A DNA stretch of 64,000 nucleotides, from contig CDRNST010000067.1 in assembly GCA_977016875.1 (NCBI GenBank), forward strand, positions 2,046,001 to 2,110,000, given 5' to 3'. A program made the translations under genes and the position numbers. This document shows positions 62,701 to 64,000 of this stretch, in pieces. A model generated the notes under the pieces. The model made no database searches and was not told the origin of the DNA. It saw only the letters and a program-made list of their open reading frames with translations. Origin of the DNA: Pavona decussata (Eukaryota). Numbering within the stretch: position 1 is the first letter of the stretch; the number at the start of each line of letters is the position of its first letter.

Positions 62701-63848
62701 CGTGGGCCCATCATAACTTGTCGTTACATCCTGATGACTTTAAGTCAGTATTGTGTGGCATGGTGCAACATAAAAAGCGGTTCAATTATTGCAAGTGAGG
62801 TGAGGAAAGCTTTGCCTGTACAATATAAAAATGCGTTATGTTATTACAGCGAATTATTGCAACCCGACAAACGTATAATAATATAAAGTTTTAAAACTTA
62901 TTAAACTATACCAAAAGTTATTTAAAGAACAAAAACAAACTATTGTAACTACTAACTTATTAATACATAAGACCTGTTGGATATCAACTAAATCGAAAGC
63001 GTTCCCAAGGTTTAAGGGGAGCATAAAGGGGATCATATCTTCCATTGCAAAATTTTTTCAATCTATATGATCTGAAAAGTTAAAAGTTGATTGAAAGTGG
63101 TCCTGAGTTTTAAAAAAGAACATAAATGAATTTTTATTAAACATCTTCACCCTCAAGCTCTTTTCCCAGTACTAGGATCAGGAACTGTTTGTGTGCAAAG
63201 CTAGCCTGTTACTGGTTACTCGAACATGTATACCGAAAGAAGCCAGCGCTAATAACTAGTTTAGAACCAGGAATCCTAATGACATGGATTTCAATTCAAA
63301 ATATGAATTATCCCAACACCGATCGAGACTGCCACCAATGTAACGGCCCTAGTAGCCAGTGTAACACATATTACCACTGGAGGACAATCTTGCAAGACTT
63401 TGACAATATCCGTATTGCATTTTAACCCATTTGCATCCCAGGGGTCTTTTGAAAACTGCAGTAAGCAGCTTTTCTTCTAATGCTCCTGGATAATTTTCAG
63501 TCGCGTTCTTTTCTTTTTCGATGGTGAATTGCTTCATACGTCGCGCGCGGCGTTTTGGAATAGTGCGCGCGTGTTATCAGTTTATGCCCGCGCATGCGAG
63601 ATTTACTTCTTTGGCTTGAAAACTTGAATTTTGAAATCTTTTCCAAGTGATTTCTGTCCTAAGGAGACATAATATCTTAGTGATCAATTTTATTTACTGC
63701 CAGACAACAAGAAGAGTTCTATGGGGTGACTGTCATATATAGATACATTTAGAATGCTGATAATGACGTAACAATGGTGATGCCATAAAGGAGGTTTGAA
63801 GAGAAAAACAAAGCAACAAAGGGCAGCTACAAAGTAGCGCCACGCGAG

Positions 63849-64000
63849 ATGGAAAATTTACCAAACGAGCTCCTCTCTGAAATACTTGGTTTCGTTCACC
63901 CTGTTTACGATGGACTTATCAAGTTGTCTACGGTATGTCACCGTTGGAATGAAATCATCCACAAGACACCTTCTCTTTGGGAGCATTTCCATCTTAAGCT
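63849..64000 (+). CDS. F-box domain protein, 5' part (runs off the right edge)
   Basis: MENLPNELLSEILGFVHPVYDGLIKLSTVCHRWNEIIHKTPSLWEHFHLK fits the F-box consensus LPxELLxxI...LSxVCxRWxxI...LW. Confidence 0.85.
   Translation, partial: MENLPNELLSEILGFVHPVYDGLIKLSTVCHRWNEIIHKTPSLWEHFHLK

Overview
AT-rich, intron-containing animal genomic DNA. The repeat families and gene content suggest an anthozoan cnidarian, probably a stony coral (inference). The core of the window is a cluster of two paralogous 8-exon Cys-loop (pentameric) ligand-gated anion-channel subunit genes, pLGIC1 at 14983-22447 (+) and pLGIC2 at 40969-50639 (-). They are interleaved with three paralogous two-exon genes for 68-72 aa secreted peptide precursors: A 8817-10469 (+), B 24456-26138 (-), C 31595-32996 (+). 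Each precursor has a signal peptide, a short variable peptide ending in Gly-Lys-Lys/Arg, a conserved C-x7-C loop and an acidic tail. The ORF track shows only unspliced exon 1 of A and B and misses C. Each channel gene lies tail-to-tail with a peptide gene, forming two mirror-image modules. Gene A arose from a younger ~4.8 kb inverted duplication that brackets pLGIC1. Each channel gene carries one 1-bp frameshift in a short base run (sequencing error or recent pseudogenisation). The rest is mostly mobile DNA: Bel/Pao 5' LTR plus open gag-pro, a DIRS recombinase relic, a Kolobok-like element nested in another TIR element, Gypsy, CR1/L2, Penelope (with minimal hammerhead motifs), an intron-containing DNA-transposon-like pseudogene and several MITEs. 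An F-box gene starts at the right edge.
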